DNA of 64,000 nucleotides from assembly GCA_001949185.1 (NCBI GenBank), contig BDGG01000012.1:922973-986972 (forward strand). The letters run 5' to 3'. Numbering within the stretch: the first letter of the stretch is position 1; the number at the start of each line of letters is the position of its first letter. This DNA is from Ramazzottius varieornatus (taxonomy: Eukaryota > Animalia > Tardigrada). Below are positions 1-13,080 of the stretch, piece by piece. The position numbers and the translations under genes were made by a program. The notes beneath the pieces are model-generated. The model did not search any database and was not told the DNA's origin. It saw nothing but the letters and a program-made list of their open reading frames with translations.

Positions 1-2
1 GA

Positions 3-419
3 AGGGAAGATCGCCTTCGTCGGGAGGATCACCGAGAAGATCGGCCGGTTCGATCGAAGCGTGATGATGATCGTCCTGCGCGACGACGCTCGCGCAGTCG
101 GTCGCCTCCACTGCGTCGCCGAGAGGAACGCCGACGTCGCAGTGCCTCGCGAGAAAGAACCACTAAGAAGCAGGAAGGTGGAGTGGATGAGTTCGGCAGA
201 GATTTGTCGCTGCGTCAGAAGAGCTCGGTTAAACGGTCCACTTCAAAAGATTCCGGGAAAGATAGTCGCGAGAAGGAGGTTGAAGCGGAAAAGAAGAGCG
301 AAGAGAGGAAGGAAAGAAGGCGAGAAGCTTCGATGGACAAAGTATCAGACGAGGAAGGACCGGAAGACTGTGCTAAAGAACCGAAAGAAATTGAGGCCAG
401 TAAGAAGTCTGATGAATAA
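3..419 (+). CDS. 3' end of an Arg/Ser/Glu/Asp-rich (RS-domain) protein, probably splicing-related; 5' part lies outside the window
   Basis: Frame 3 is open from the window start: REDRLRREDHREDRP...RRRSRSRSPPLRRREERRRRSASRER...GVDEFGRDL...SKKSDE, stop TAA at 417-419. Confidence 0.6.
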   Translation, partial: REDRLRREDHREDRPVRSKRDDDRPARRRSRSRSPPLRRREERRRRSASRERTTKKQEGGVDEFGRDLSLRQKSSVKRSTSKDSGKDSREKEVEAEKKSEERKERRREASMDKVSDEEGPEDCAKEPKEIEASKKSDE

Positions 420-1045
420 ACTCTCTTTCATTGTACCTTGTTGGGTTTGCATGGTATGAAGCTACGAACTGTAGTAATTACGGGATTTTCTGTTGGGCAA
501 ATCTTGTTGTTTTGAGCTCTCTCGAGCATGTTAGCTTTGTTCTAATTTCCCTCTCTTATAATTATGACAGACCGATCCTGCAGCAGTTTTTCTGTTCCAT
601 ATTTCGAGAAGCCTGTTTCCTTTCTTGCATTTGCAATGCAGTATAGAATACATATCTAAATTCGTTATCCTTTGACAGCTGTCTGTTTGCATTACAATGG
701 CTGCGAGCTTTTCGGTATTTTGATGTGTTTTTCTTCGTTCTGTATTTATTAACGATGGGGAACGACCATGGAATAGTCACCACACACTATCAGACAGCAT
801 GGTAACAAACAGTTCGGCAGGTGTCACTGCGGAAGTCCATCGAAGTTGGGAAAGAGGTCTTACGACGTCCGCCTGCGGTGAGGAGACTCGTGCCGGTAAT
901 TTTGATGATAATAGTCTTGTCGTAAATGGTAGGAAATTTACGCCCATTATTGCAGCGTCACAACCGGCAATCCGACTTTGACGGACTGCTGTCCTTTTAG
1001 CGCGGTTTAGAATGTAACTGTGATAAACACGCAGTCTGTGCCAGC

Positions 1046-2384
1046 ATGCGCATGTTCAACGTAGACGCTCGATCAAAATATCGGTATGTCATCCGGGGAA
1101 ATCCTCCGCCAAGATTATGCGCTTCTCCATCTTCCGAGAAGAAAACACTCACTGCCATTCGTCCTTTATGTATCCTGCTATTGTCCGGAAGCTTGATCTG
1201 TGGGTTTGTGGCATTATGTCTTACTAGCTCGGCCATTGTTCAGTCATATGGCGGGGAACATGCTAGCACAACGCTGAGAGCGCTGGTCGGCGCCAGTTGT
1301 TTCATAATAGTCTTGGCTGGTAATGAGCTGGCTGGGCTCATCCGTAAGTCCATCAAGATGACGAAGCCATCTTTTTCTTTGCTGGTCTTGGTGGGAATCC
1401 TGTATGCGGGAGTGGGCGTATTTCTCAAGCTGAAAAATCTAAAGATCAAACTGTCAAGAGCCATCAAGAACTTCATGGACCTTTACGGGAGTCAGTTTGG
1501 TCGTTTGCACAACGGGTATAGATGCATTTTCCACCGTGTAACTTAATGTTTATGGGAAACGCTTGCTCGTCGGCAAGGAATCGGAAGTCTTTGTGCTGTA
1601 GAGACGGTATGCTGGATGACATTCGGCGGAAGCGACATTGCTGTGGAGCTGATTCACCAATGGACTGGGAGACTGCAAAATTCGGGGTTCGGTAATAATC
1701 TCTCAACAATGTCTGACTTCCTGGTCGTTTCCTGTACTCTTAAACTTTGTCTTCCCACACTGTAGGAAATTCCACCGTCTTGCTGCTTTGTGCCAGAGGA
1801 TTGCGTCTCCCTTGTCGGTCACAACGCATCTTTTCAGGTACGAGAAACTGCAGAAACTAAAGGATGACCGGTACATTGGAGCTCTGACAGCTGTATGATA
1901 GTTTCTTTTTCAGAACCTTCAAACCGTACTCCGGGAACGCAACGAAGAAACGACGCTCGTGAAACCGCTGTTTAGCAGTCGAGGGCGTGTGGAACCTATG
2001 ACCGAACTGTATCAAGTCGCCAACAACGTGATCGTCCCAAGTGCCGGTAGATCCCGCCAAATACACTGCACGCACGACGAGAAATTAAGCAAGTCCAGTC
2101 CAAATTATGGGCCACGCGGAAAAGATAGCAAAATGGAACATCAACCGTGGAAAAGTGTCGAAAACACACAGAGGACAAGGATTCTGTTGTTTGCAGGATA
2201 TCTTTCGGCATTGGCGTTGGCAACCTTTGGTCTACTGTGTACATATTTCTGCATCTTTGTAAAATCGTTCCATAGAATACGTCGTCAGAATACGCTACCT
2301 GGTTCACAAATATCGGTCGTGGATCCCGCCAGTGAGCCCATTGTTTTGCGTACCTCGGAGGAAATACAGCCCAACCGGAAGTGA
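1046..2384 (+). CDS. Divergent tetraspanin, multi-exon
   Basis: Three hydrophobic segments in ORF 1046-1546. Exon ~1602-1686 reads DGMLDDIRRKRHCCGADSPMDW (CCG motif). Exon 1766-1837 reads EIPPSCCFVPEDC (PxSCC motif). Last exon 1914-2384 carries TM4 ILLFAGYLSALALATFGLLCTYFCIFV. An upstream exon at 799-928 is possible. Confidence 0.75.
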
Positions 2385-2830
2385 TGTCGGACTGTGGCAT
2401 CACTACTTTGTGAGGCTTTTGACCGTAGTACCACGTCTTTTTACCGAAAAAATATACCTGCTTTTATCCTTTCCCAAAAAGCGCGTGCGGACGAGGCACA
2501 CCAGAAACGTCAATGGAGTTCCCCTCGACTTTGCGCTGACGTAAACCAAGTCATGATGATCTCTGGTTGTTCGTGTACATTTGGTTTTTGGGCAAGCTGT
2601 TAATTAAGGTCTCGGATGAATCGTAGCTAAGACTCCAGGGAACAATGTAGGCTGATTATTAGACCCACTGTTCACGAAAATGCCAAGGGCCAACTTCCTT
2701 GTTGAAGCGCCACACGGTGCGTCAAAGCATGAAAAAGATAGATCGAAATACGTGAGAGCTCAGCTGTCAAATGTGTCAAGTAAACTGAAGCTGCTCCCCT
2801 CCAGCCTGTCAGGTATACTTCCCCACCGTT

Positions 2831-2837
2831 TATAAAG
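2831..2837 (+). promoter_or_regulatory. Candidate TATA box of the secreted peptide gene
   Basis: TATAAAG about 95 nt upstream of the ATG at 2928. Confidence 0.4.
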
Positions 2838-2927
2838 AATCGACAGAGTGGATGGTTTCACCTTTGATTTCTACTCGTAAGGTCAGTAAGATCGCTCTTC
2901 GCGGGTCACACAGTAGTCAGCTGGAAA

Positions 2928-3375
2928 ATGGCGTTCGTCACTAACGCGTCGCTGTTATTCGTGGTTTTGTCCGTACTGTACGTGTTTGGTCAAAGTGACG
3001 CATTCGGATTCGCGACAAGGTTTCGACAGGACGGGACCTTGCCTGGTGCAGATCCGAAGATAAGACGAATAAGCAGAGGTACGAACAGCATATCCATCGT
3101 TCCAAGATTCTTATTGACTGTGTATTGTCCATGAATTTCTGGTTGGCTCTTTCGGTGAACAAATTCTTGCTTCTACTGCAGGCGTCCCTTATATGGGCTT
3201 GGAAAGTTCTCTCGGTGATAGCTATTCGAACGGTTATCCAATGTTCACTAACATTGGAATGCCAAGTCGGAGAGGACCAGGACCGCTACAAGGATGCGAT
3301 TCTCCCAAAGAATGCCGGGAACGCCTCCTGAACTACTTCTCCAGCGTTATGAAGCTCAACAAAGCAGGACGCTGA
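2928..3375 (+). CDS. Candidate neuropeptide precursor, 114 aa, 2 exons (2928-3078, 3182-3375)
   Basis: Signal peptide MAFVTNASLLFVVLSVLYVFGQSDA. A phase-1 GT-AG intron joins the exons in frame. Dibasic RR, then GPGPLQGCDSPKECRERLLNYFSSVMKLNKA, then G-R-stop (amidation signal). Confidence 0.7.
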
Positions 3376-4160
3376 CTAGCTCGACGAACCGGGTTTTTTA
3401 AACTGCGAAAGAAAACTCCTATCCGTTTACATACCTTTGGAAACATGCTCATCTTCACTTGAACATAGATTCCTTTCCTGTTCCCTTCGTTCCATCCCAC
3501 ATATGTTGCATCTTCCACAACACATATATTTCCACAAATTTGTTGGACGCCTACGGCTCCTCGGCACTTGGAATTTACAGCCGATTCCCGTCCTCAATAT
3601 CTAGCTTTAGGAATGGATATCCAGGGTGTGGTGGCTCTGCGTCTTGCTGCTCTAATGTGAACTTCTAGTTCGTTTTTAACCGTGCAAATTTACAGAAAAA
3701 ACTTCGTCCCTTTTCGGGTTCTTTGCACCCAATCTTCCTCTTCGAGGAACTTCCGTATGCTTTGTTAATTCACAGGGACTTGATGCCGCGGATGAACAAT
3801 CTGACAGTACATTACTACGATAGTGTCTCACATTGTGCCAGCAGAAATAAAGGAAACTTACTACGACATCGACTGACAATCCCGAGCACGCAGTCTAACT
3901 TTATGACCGATCACGAACGTCCAGACATGACGGATAAAAGATCTAAAACCATCAGGCATCGTCGCGTTAGTCCCAAGAACAACCAAATTATTCTCTAGAG
4001 ACAAAAAACAGCAAAAGGATAGTAAAGAGTATAAATTAATAATAGAAGGCCTCTGACCACAGCCAAAGAATTCCACATTCGAAAAAACACCACAAGGAAG
4101 TGGAGGCTTTACTAAAGAACATGAGAAAATTACCATTGCCTTACTATGCGATTTCATCCA

Positions 4161-7100
4161 TCAGTACAACGCAGGCATTTTCTGTCCCGGATACAATTGC
4201 GCATTCAGCTGAGAACCTTGAGCCGGAACCTGGCCAGGAGGGAACTGAGTCAACTGACCTGGGGGAAACTGCGTACTTGTCTGAGGTGGGTACATTTCCG
4301 GCTGTTGCGGCCAGGGCTGTGCCGCAAAGCCATGTTGAGACATCATGGCTGAGTTCGCCCCACTAAACTGTGTGTTATTCGTGGCGGCCACACCCGCAGG
4401 CTGCTGAGCCGCACCAGTATAAGTATACAGCGGAGGAGCAGCAGGACCCGTATTGAAAGACGTGGTGGCCGACTGACTTACAGTGTCAGATGGTCTGCTC
4501 TTGAAGAGACCGGTGAAACGCCCCATTAGCCCTGGTTTCGAACTACTTTCTGTAGGTGCAGCAGGAAGGCTGGGTTGTGGCTGTGTTTGGAACTGAGTCT
4601 GGGGTTGAGCGTACATAATTGGCTGTTGTGGTGCCGACTCAGGTGGGAGCTGTTGGGGCTGGAAGCCATACGAAGGATATCCCTGCTGAGACTGGCTGTA
4701 CTGAGCAGCTAGACCAGAAGTCGCGGGTTCGTCTTCCTCAAGAGGAACTTCGGGCTCTGTAAGCTGCGGCTGAGGAAGCGTTTGAAAAGAGTAGTGCTGG
4801 CTCGGGTCCCAGGCTTGACCGGAAACAGCGCTGGCTGTACTCACTTCCGGTTGGTACTGTCCGTACTGCAGGCTTTGCTGGTGGTGCTGTCCAGGTGGCT
4901 GGTAATTGTTCCACTGAGGCTGTGCCGCACTTGCAGTGTACTGGGTGCTCGCATACTGCGGATCATAGTTTCCTAAGACGATAGGCAAAATAGAGCTTCA
5001 AGTAAAGGAAGAGACGAGGGTGAAAAGAACAGATAGTACCTGAAGTGTCGGTAGTATAGTTGGACGGAACAGTGGGGTCCGTACTCCACATCTGCTGCTG
5101 GGTCGCCGCACCAGCAGGCTGCTTGGGCGTTTCTTCGGTGGCAGCTGTGTACGGCGCTTGTTCGGCTTGCGAGAAGTCGTAGATTGGGTACTGCGTGTAG
5201 TAACTTTGCTGTTGATCCGACCACTGTTGGTACTGTCCTGCTGGATTCTGCCCATCTTTGTAGAACTGCTGCAAGTGTTCTTGCTGGTAGTTTTCAACGC
5301 CGGTCTGCCTTACATCTGTTGCCGTCGTACTGTGCTGAGCGCTCCAGACGGATTGGTCAACAGCGCTGGTGGCGGTGGTGGTGGCGGTGGTGGTGGCGGT
5401 GGTGGTGGCGGTGGTGGTGGCTGCCAGCTGGTTAGCGGTGGAAACATCGTTAACCACTTCCTCCTCTTTCGGCTGCGAATATTCCGGCTGAGGGAGGTTG
5501 TGCGAGTAGTCCAGATGATAGTAGTTTGCACTACTATCGGGTCGGTGCGCCATCTCGCCCTGATTATCTCGTTGAGAGTTCTCCATAGATTGGTCCGCGG
5601 ACTTTGCAGCGACGGAAACTACATCTGAGGAAATAATCAAGAACATAGTCACGAAAGTGTCTCGTAGGAGATGTTCCTACAGATGAACATACCTGTAAAA
5701 GTCATAGTTGGGAATGCGGAAGGGAACATTGGGATCGTCGAGGTGTTCCACTGATTCTCTTGAGGGTTCTGCTGGTCGGAAATGACCGGATACGAATAGG
5801 ACGAGTCATAAGAATGCTCAGGCTTTGAATCCACAGAACTGACGGTGTCCTGCTGAGTAGCATACGAGTTGTAGTCTCGCTCATCTTCGCTTTCCTCAGA
5901 CTTCTTCCTCGACGGAAGGCGGAAAAAGTCCAGGTGTTCCTCCTCTCCCCACCCTCTTTCTTCATCGTAGGCAGTGTCTGCGCGTTCAGACGATGCCTTC
6001 AACGGTAGTTCTACGCTTGTGTCATGCGCAGTCGTGCCGAGTGGCGCTTCTTTCTGGATACTTGGAGCTCTCGACTGTCGCTCACGATGATCATCTTCTG
6101 GTTCTGGAAAAACGACAGTCTTTTGACTTTCTGTGTACGACGTAGTCGACGGAACAGGCTGCGGAACCGAAGGCGGGACTACGTTCGTCGGTGGTGCAAA
6201 GTGGTCAGGCGCGAAATGTAAACTGTCTTGTGGACGGAAATTCATCAGCGGTATTTCCTGGCTCAGAGCTGATGGAGGATGTGGAGAAGCTCTACTACTG
6301 CTACCGCGCGAGTGCGAAAACGACGGAGAGTCACGATGAGCGTCCACGTGAGCTGAGAAAGGCACATCCTCGACATGTTGGGAGGAAGTTTCGGCGTGTT
6401 GGTGAAGTGGCTCCTGGTGAAAGTCGGCGTGGTTCTGCCTTTGTCGAACCTAATGGACAAAGTAAACCTCTGAGTAAGCCAACATTTCCAACGAAATAAC
6501 TTCATTCAACTTTCTCGTTTTGCAAAATTTGATTTTGAATTTGATTTTGACCTAGGCAAAGAAACTCGACAAAATGGTTATACCAAGTGGCGTACGCTTT
6601 CGTGTTACCGCCTGACAGTGTGCGCCAGTTAAGACGACGATCTTTCCGCGTTTGTTTTCCGAGCTTCCACTTGTATTCTTGTATTTGAAAAGAAGTTAAG
6701 GCAGCCTTTAGCGAAAGGTCGTCACTTACTTCCTCTTCGAGTCGAAGCTGTTCGTTGACCAATAGTTGTTGTTCCATCTGCCGCGCCTGTTCCATCAAGC
6801 GCAGTTCTTCTTCGGCTTGTCGCGCCAACCGATATACCCGTTGTTCATCCAGAATCTGTCGCACACGTTCCGTCATTGAGCTGTACATCTCATCATGCTT
6901 CTCCAGAGAGTCTTGGTTCGCCACGATCAAAGTGTAGAACGTTATCCAGAACACTGAGCTAACCGATGAAGACTCCACCGATACAGCGCTGCGGTAGACA
7001 TACGCCAGATAATCACTCGCTTCAACATGGTTTCCTCTAGACAAGAGCTGCTCGATGTAAATCAACTGCGGCAATGCCACAAAGTGCGTATTCGAACCGG

Positions 7101-10100
7101 GATTGATTTTGTTTGTAACGAACACAAAAATCTCGGTTAGAAGTAGCCTCTCTATGATCTTGGCATAGCTTTCTGTTGACTGCTCGATCTGGTTCGCAAA
7201 AACGTTGCTACCGATCAGCTTCATTTCCGGCTCATGGATTCTAGCTACTGGTCGAGCCAACAGGTACAGAATGTCTCTGACCATCGGCTTGCCGAGACCA
7301 TCGAAAAGACCGGCCAAGTTCAAGAGAAACCTGAAATGGAAAGGTAATAATCGAAGAACAAAGAAGCAGTAATTATAAGTCAGGGTCGTGCCGAAAAACG
7401 TACATCAAGGCCGTGCCTGCAAGCTATAGGACTCATACCTGTTCTTGGAGGTTGTGGGGATGAGACTGCCACAGCCGACGGTCAAGGCTGCATGCGTCGT
7501 CCAGTTTTTAGCGCAGTCATTCAGCTTGGGTGTGTGTCCGCACATCAAGGCGCAGGCCGTGTAGATGGGATCCGCTGGCGAGATGGTCCGTTCGATGTAA
7601 CGCATGAAACCTCCCAGAGCGCTGGTGTTGTTGGTCTTGACGACGGACGGCAGGGACAGCAACATGAAGGCCAGCGGAGTTCTTCCCTGTTCTTCGGCCG
7701 CTTTACAAGCTCGTGGAATGAGACCAGCAGCCAGACACCGACGAACAGCTATTAGTACAAAGTGTTAACTTTCGGTTATGAACCAATTGCTTCCGGCTGA
7801 AAGTGGAAGTTCGTAGTGTACCTGATAGTTTCTTTTCGCCAGGGTATGCTTCACTGCCAAAGTTCGTACTGCTCATCAGCGAAGTCGAGCTCCCCATCAG
7901 GCTTCTTTCTCTCGAACCAGCCATCAGCGTTTCGGCAATGGCGTAGTTCCTCACGTTGGTTCCATGTCGAACCAGCAGCGATAACAAGTTCCACATCAGG
8001 CCTTCTTCCCTCTTGCTTTGATCCAGGGACCCGAACTCGAATGCCGCTTCCGACATGGCTTTGCAGTACACGCTTATCCGATCGTCAAGGCTGACTGCCC
8101 CACTCGCCAAGTCATGCGGGAACTTCGCCACGTCCGCGTAGGAAAGTCTTGTTGTCGGATGAACCCTCACGATCTCCACCGGTATGGGTTTCTCGAGGTT
8201 ATTCACCGCCACCGCTTTCTCTAGCACGAAGTCACCTGCTGCGTGTGGGTACAGGTACTTCCTGATGTACGAGGAAGTCGGAGGGTTACTGACTACTGAC
8301 GGGGCCACAACTGCCGGTGGTGCTGTCGCAAAGAAACTAGGGGGAGTGACGGAAGAGGTAGACGGGAAAGGATAGTGGCTACCGAACTGAGAAGGGAACG
8401 GTGGAAGCCCTGATGGTCCGAAGGCGTGAGGCGGAGGAGGCATGCCACCAAAGGCTCGCATGATGTGCTCGATGGGGTTCGTCACTGTCCAATTGGTACC
8501 GGCGCTGTCGATGGTCTCGGCTGACCGGACACTCTCGACGTCGTCTTCTTGCTGAGAAGAGAAACTGGTGTCTGTTGCGGAAGGAGTGTACGTCCCATTG
8601 TGGCGGTTACCGTCTCGGCGTTCGTCATCGTCAGTATCGGTCGTTCGACTGTCGTACCGATCTCTCAGACGATGACGTTCATCATTCTCGTAAGACTGCA
8701 CAGAACTAAAACAGAAAAACAAGGTAAGAAAAAGGCACAGATGCTAACTGATTACTTCCGGGTTGGTGGAAAAACACCTCTTCATTAGCCCGTTTATCCA
8801 TGTTTTATGTCCAGCACATAAGACTCATTACTTCATCATGGGTATACTGGGGGACTGCCCGCTTGACCATCTTATATTCTTCCGGTATGGGAGTACCAAA
8901 GATCCAGTTCTAAGCGGGACCTGCCGCCTAAATAAAGCTGAAGGTCATCCGATACCGGAAGAATGCGTGAAACGATTCTAAATGGGTTGCACGAAAAAAT
9001 GCTCGAAATCGAACGGAACACTCAAATCGAGAACGAAAACGAAGGTGTCCTCAGTTGATCATCTGGCTGCACGTCACCAAAAGTTCCAATTTGAAAACTT
9101 CAAAACTGAAGGCTCCAGCCTCGCACAATTTTTGGTCGTTTTTCTCACACAAATTTTCCCGCAGATGCTAGAGCAAACCCGGCAGCGCCGCAGCGGTTCC
9201 TTGTCGTAATATTGTGACTACTTTACCTTTCGCCATCTTCTTCCTCGTCGTAACTCTGATGTTGATCAGCAGAGCTGATGCTTTCTCGCCCATCTGTTCC
9301 TCGTGAACCAGATGAAGTACCCAGGTGCCCATCGCGGAAGCTGGGTTCCGACTGTAGGGGGGACAGAGAGAGTCCGGAAAAGCGAGAGCTTCCTCGCGAT
9401 CGTCCTGTGGATGACGACGGTGGGAGATGGTTGGGATTGGACGCTTCGATGAAAGTGGAGGACCGCGGGTCCGTAGCACTCGCAGATTCCGTGCTGAACG
9501 GTTCACTGCGCATCTCTGCCGAACCAAACGCTTCCTGAACACCATAGGTCAGTTATACTTACAGCAGCATGGAACGTGGAGAAACAAACTCGGCAAGATC
9601 GTTCTTTCAACTGACGCATGCTTTCAGCCAGTAACACTGAAGATGTGCGCCATTCGCAAGAACAATCGTGTCGAGTTTGTCCGACGAGCAAACCAATTAA
9701 CACGGTAGGTAAAAGGATACTGTACCAAATTTCACTTTAGTAAGGTTGATTTCGAAATGAAACTGCGATAAGCTTACGTGTGAGATAACAGACATGGCAA
9801 TCTTTTCGGTGAGACTGGGTTGCGCTCCACCGCCAACTGACCGTGGAGACTGTATCGTAGTATCGCTCGACTCGACAGTGTCCATAGTGGAGTTCTCTTT
9901 CCAGTCAGCATCATCGCCCCATCCCCATTCCGCGTCAGCAGCAGAAGCAGAAACCTGCTTCACATCAGGGAGTTCTAAAACGGATAGTAAGCTCCAGAAT
10001 AGGATATTCTGGAAACTGCTTTATTAAAAGAAGCATTTACCTGCGGCAAGATGACCATCCCCAACTTTCTCCTGCTCAATCAGCGGAGCATTCTCTTCAT

Positions 10101-11970
10101 CCGGCTGTTCCGCGTCGTACTCGTCGTCCTCCTGTGCCTGATGGATCTTATCGTGAGACTTGCTGAACATCTCATGTTCTTCTCGTAAATCGTTCTCGAT
10201 TTCTTGATACAAGCGAAGCTGATTCGCTTCCATCCGGCTTTCCGTCGCGGTGTAATTTTGCTGAACATTCTTCAGATTTTCCTCTTCCTCAGCGTTATCC
10301 AAGATGTCATCCAAACGCCGTTGTTCTCCATCTTCGGCCATCAATCGTGACTGTTCCTGCCTCATTATTCCTGCAGCCATATGTTCTCTGAACTCCGCGT
10401 CGGTTTCTTTGACAAACTGGTCTGAGAAGATCGGAAACGCAGGTGCTGTCTCAAGGATGGGTTGTGCACTTCCTCCGAAAGGGTGTCGGACCTGCTCCTG
10501 TTCTCTCAGAAACCGAAGGAAGTTTTCTTCTTCTTGACGACGCAATGCATCGGCAACCTTCTCTTCTTCCATCCGTTTCTGCTCTAGCTGTCTTTTTTCT
10601 TCGTTCAGGATGTCCTGTTGTCGCTTCTCCTCGGCAAGTTTGTCTTGTTGAAGTCTAACTTCTTCAGCTCTCCTGGCTTCTTCGACCTTTCTAGCTTCTT
10701 CTTTCTTCCGGGCTTCCTCAGCTTTCCTCGCTTCTTCCGCTACTTTCCTTTCTTCGGACAACCTAGCTTCTTCTATTTTTCTCGCTTCTTCGGCCTTTCT
10801 GTTTTCCTCCGCTTTGCGTGCTTCTTCCGCCTTTCGTTCTTCTGCAGCTACTCTAGTCTCCTCTTTCTTCCTTAGCTTTTCGGCTCTTTTGGCTTCGTCG
10901 ACTTTTCTTTTCTCTTCCCCTTTTCTAAGTTCGTCAGCCTTCTTTTCCTCGACTTTTCTGGCTTCTTCGTCCAGTCTGGCTTTCTCCACTCTTTCAGCTT
11001 CGATTTGCCGTTGTTCCTCTTTCCGCTTCTCTTCTGCAATCCTTTGCTGTTGCGCCTTTCGTTCTTCTTCCTGTTTTCTCTTCTGTTCAGCAACGAGCAG
11101 TTCTTCTTTTCTCATTCTCTCTGCATTTTCTTCGCGAGCTATTCGCATTATTTCGGCTTCCGCCTCTGCTCGCTGTTGTTCCTGCTTCGCCAATTCGTCG
11201 AGCTCTCGTTCGGCATTCGGTAGTTCTTCGCTTTGCTCGGCCTTTTTCATGGACTCTTTCCGTCTCGGTTGCGGGTTCGGCGTTTTCGATGCGGAAGTTG
11301 GCGTTGGCGTTTGCTTTTGCTCCGGTCGGGATTTCTGTAAATCGACACTGTCATCTTCAGGACCGGGAGCCTTGTCGCACATACACGCATTAGCGACATT
11401 TCCTTACGTCGTGCATTGCATCACATTACATACAGACATAATATCAAACGGAAATGAAATGCCCGTCCTTCATGTTTCCCGTATCCCGTCTTCTTATATT
11501 TCAAAATACTCTCATACTCTGCGATACTCTGTCATGGATTACCATTTAGCGAATCCTTGGTCCTCTTCGGACGCAGGTCTACAATTAGTTTTGGAAGAAG
11601 AAATCGGTCTTACCGTTAGAGCATTACTGACCGCGGCAACATCAACATCGCCACCACTTGCATTTCTTCCTCTCGGGGCTCGAGCAGCTTGTTTCTTGGC
11701 AAGAGCACTGACTGCTTTGGGACTTGCTGTTACCTTTGTCTTTGCAGGTGGCAGTGACGGAGCTTCATCCCAGTTGTCGTTGTCCCAGCCGGCACTGTCC
11801 CATGTGTTGTTTGCACTGGCTGGCTCGGATGACACGTCCTGCTGTTTGAAATCGGCTGCTGTAGCCTTCTGTCTACGACTCGCCTTCGCTGGTGGCTTCG
11901 CAGCGGGCTTCATCACTGGTTTCGCGTCGTCCCAATCATCACCCCAGGAATTAGTCGTCCAGTCATCCAT
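4161..11970 (-). CDS. SEC16: Sec16-like ER exit site scaffold, multi-exon, divergent
   Basis: Central conserved domain motifs: EGLMWNLLSLLVRHG (~8000), VRRCLAAGLIPRACKAAEEQGRTPLAFMLLS (~7700), SPADPIYTACALMCG...KNWTTHAAL, LLLTEIFVF. Flanked by long S/P/Q/Y-rich disordered exons. Inclusion of the 9223-11970 exons is inferred from shared strand and splice signals, not proven. Confidence 0.7.
5366..5421 (-). repeat. Coding minisatellite, 12-bp unit (GGTGGTGGCGGT on +), encoding TTTA repeats
   Basis: About 4.5 tandem units inside ORF 4963-5652(-): AATTTATTTATTTATTTATS. Confidence 0.85.
6555..6660. repeat. ~107-bp palindromic element, copy 1 (Sec16 intron)
   Basis: CCAAGTGGCGTA-N26-TGCGCCAGTT with outer GGCAAA arm. 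Confidence 0.65.
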
Positions 11971-13080
11971 CGGAATCAGTTACTAGTAGACCTATAGCTG
12001 CAACAGCATCCACGTCGAGCAAACTAAATCCAGATGGCTCTATTCCTCCGCGGCTTTGCGATTCGCACGATTGACGTTCCTGCAACAAGAAAGCGAAGGC
12101 GTCGCCGGTCCAGCTGACAGCTGCTATTCTGAGAGCAAACTGGACACGTAGTAGGAAGGTATCACTCACCTGATGGTAGCTGCCACAGCAACTTCTGGAA
12201 TGGATGATCCACCGACCACCGTCTCGTCGTCCTGTCAGCTGTCCACGAAACTCCGCGTCTGGAATAGCTTTTCTATACAACAATCCACTTCGTTCATCGA
12301 TGGAAAGGTACTTGCACAGAGCGAATATAGACAGGAAGATGTGACCAGAAACAGATCAAAGTTCTTGATGAGCAATTGAGCTTTCCAGACCAAGTGACGT
12401 GGACGAGTAGTTTGTAAAAATCTGTGATCATAACATGAGTGATCACGTAATGCTACTGTGTATGTCATGTAATATCATATAACATTACTGCATAGTATTG
12501 ACAGGTGGAGCCACATTGATGCCCATGTGTGGCCGTATTAGGGTTCCTAAGTTTCGCCAGTTCGCAGTTTCGCAGTCCGCAATGGGTTCCTGAAGCATTT
12601 TCTGGTGGAGACTGCTGTTATCCAGCAGAAGGATGGAATGGAGTATTGCAAAACGCTACACTGTGACATCTACACTCTGGGTGGACACTACACGAGCAGT
12701 GTGCTGAACATGAGCCTCAAGGCGTTCGCTGCCGGAAGCAAGTTTGGAACTTCCTAGTATTTACCCATAGGCAAGCATGAACTTACAACTTTACTGTCTG
12801 AGAACACTCAGAACCTGTAGGACATCAGGAAGCCATTATGGCACTTAGGCGAACAAACCAACTTTGTTTCAAGGCATCATTTGATCGGTGGTCGCGATGT
12901 TATTTCCCGTTCAGTGCGCGATATTCCCGAAGTGATATCTTGGAAGATTGAAAGATCATGACTTTCTGTCCTACGTGGTGCCACGCCTTGATTGAGTTGG
13001 ATGGTTAAACCAGCTCACGACTGTCATTCCAACGGGGCTCGTCTCGAAGCAAGAAGCTTTGCTAGCCTAACAGTCGAAAG

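Noticed and set aside
5158-5628. Poly-Gly, poly-Trp and poly-Pro ORFs
   Set aside because: Alternative frames of the minisatellite that encodes TTTA repeats in the Sec16-like gene.
10814-11986. 390-aa plus-strand Ser/Phe/Leu-rich ORF
   Set aside because: Antisense shadow of the E/K/R-rich minus-strand exons; no independent coding signal.
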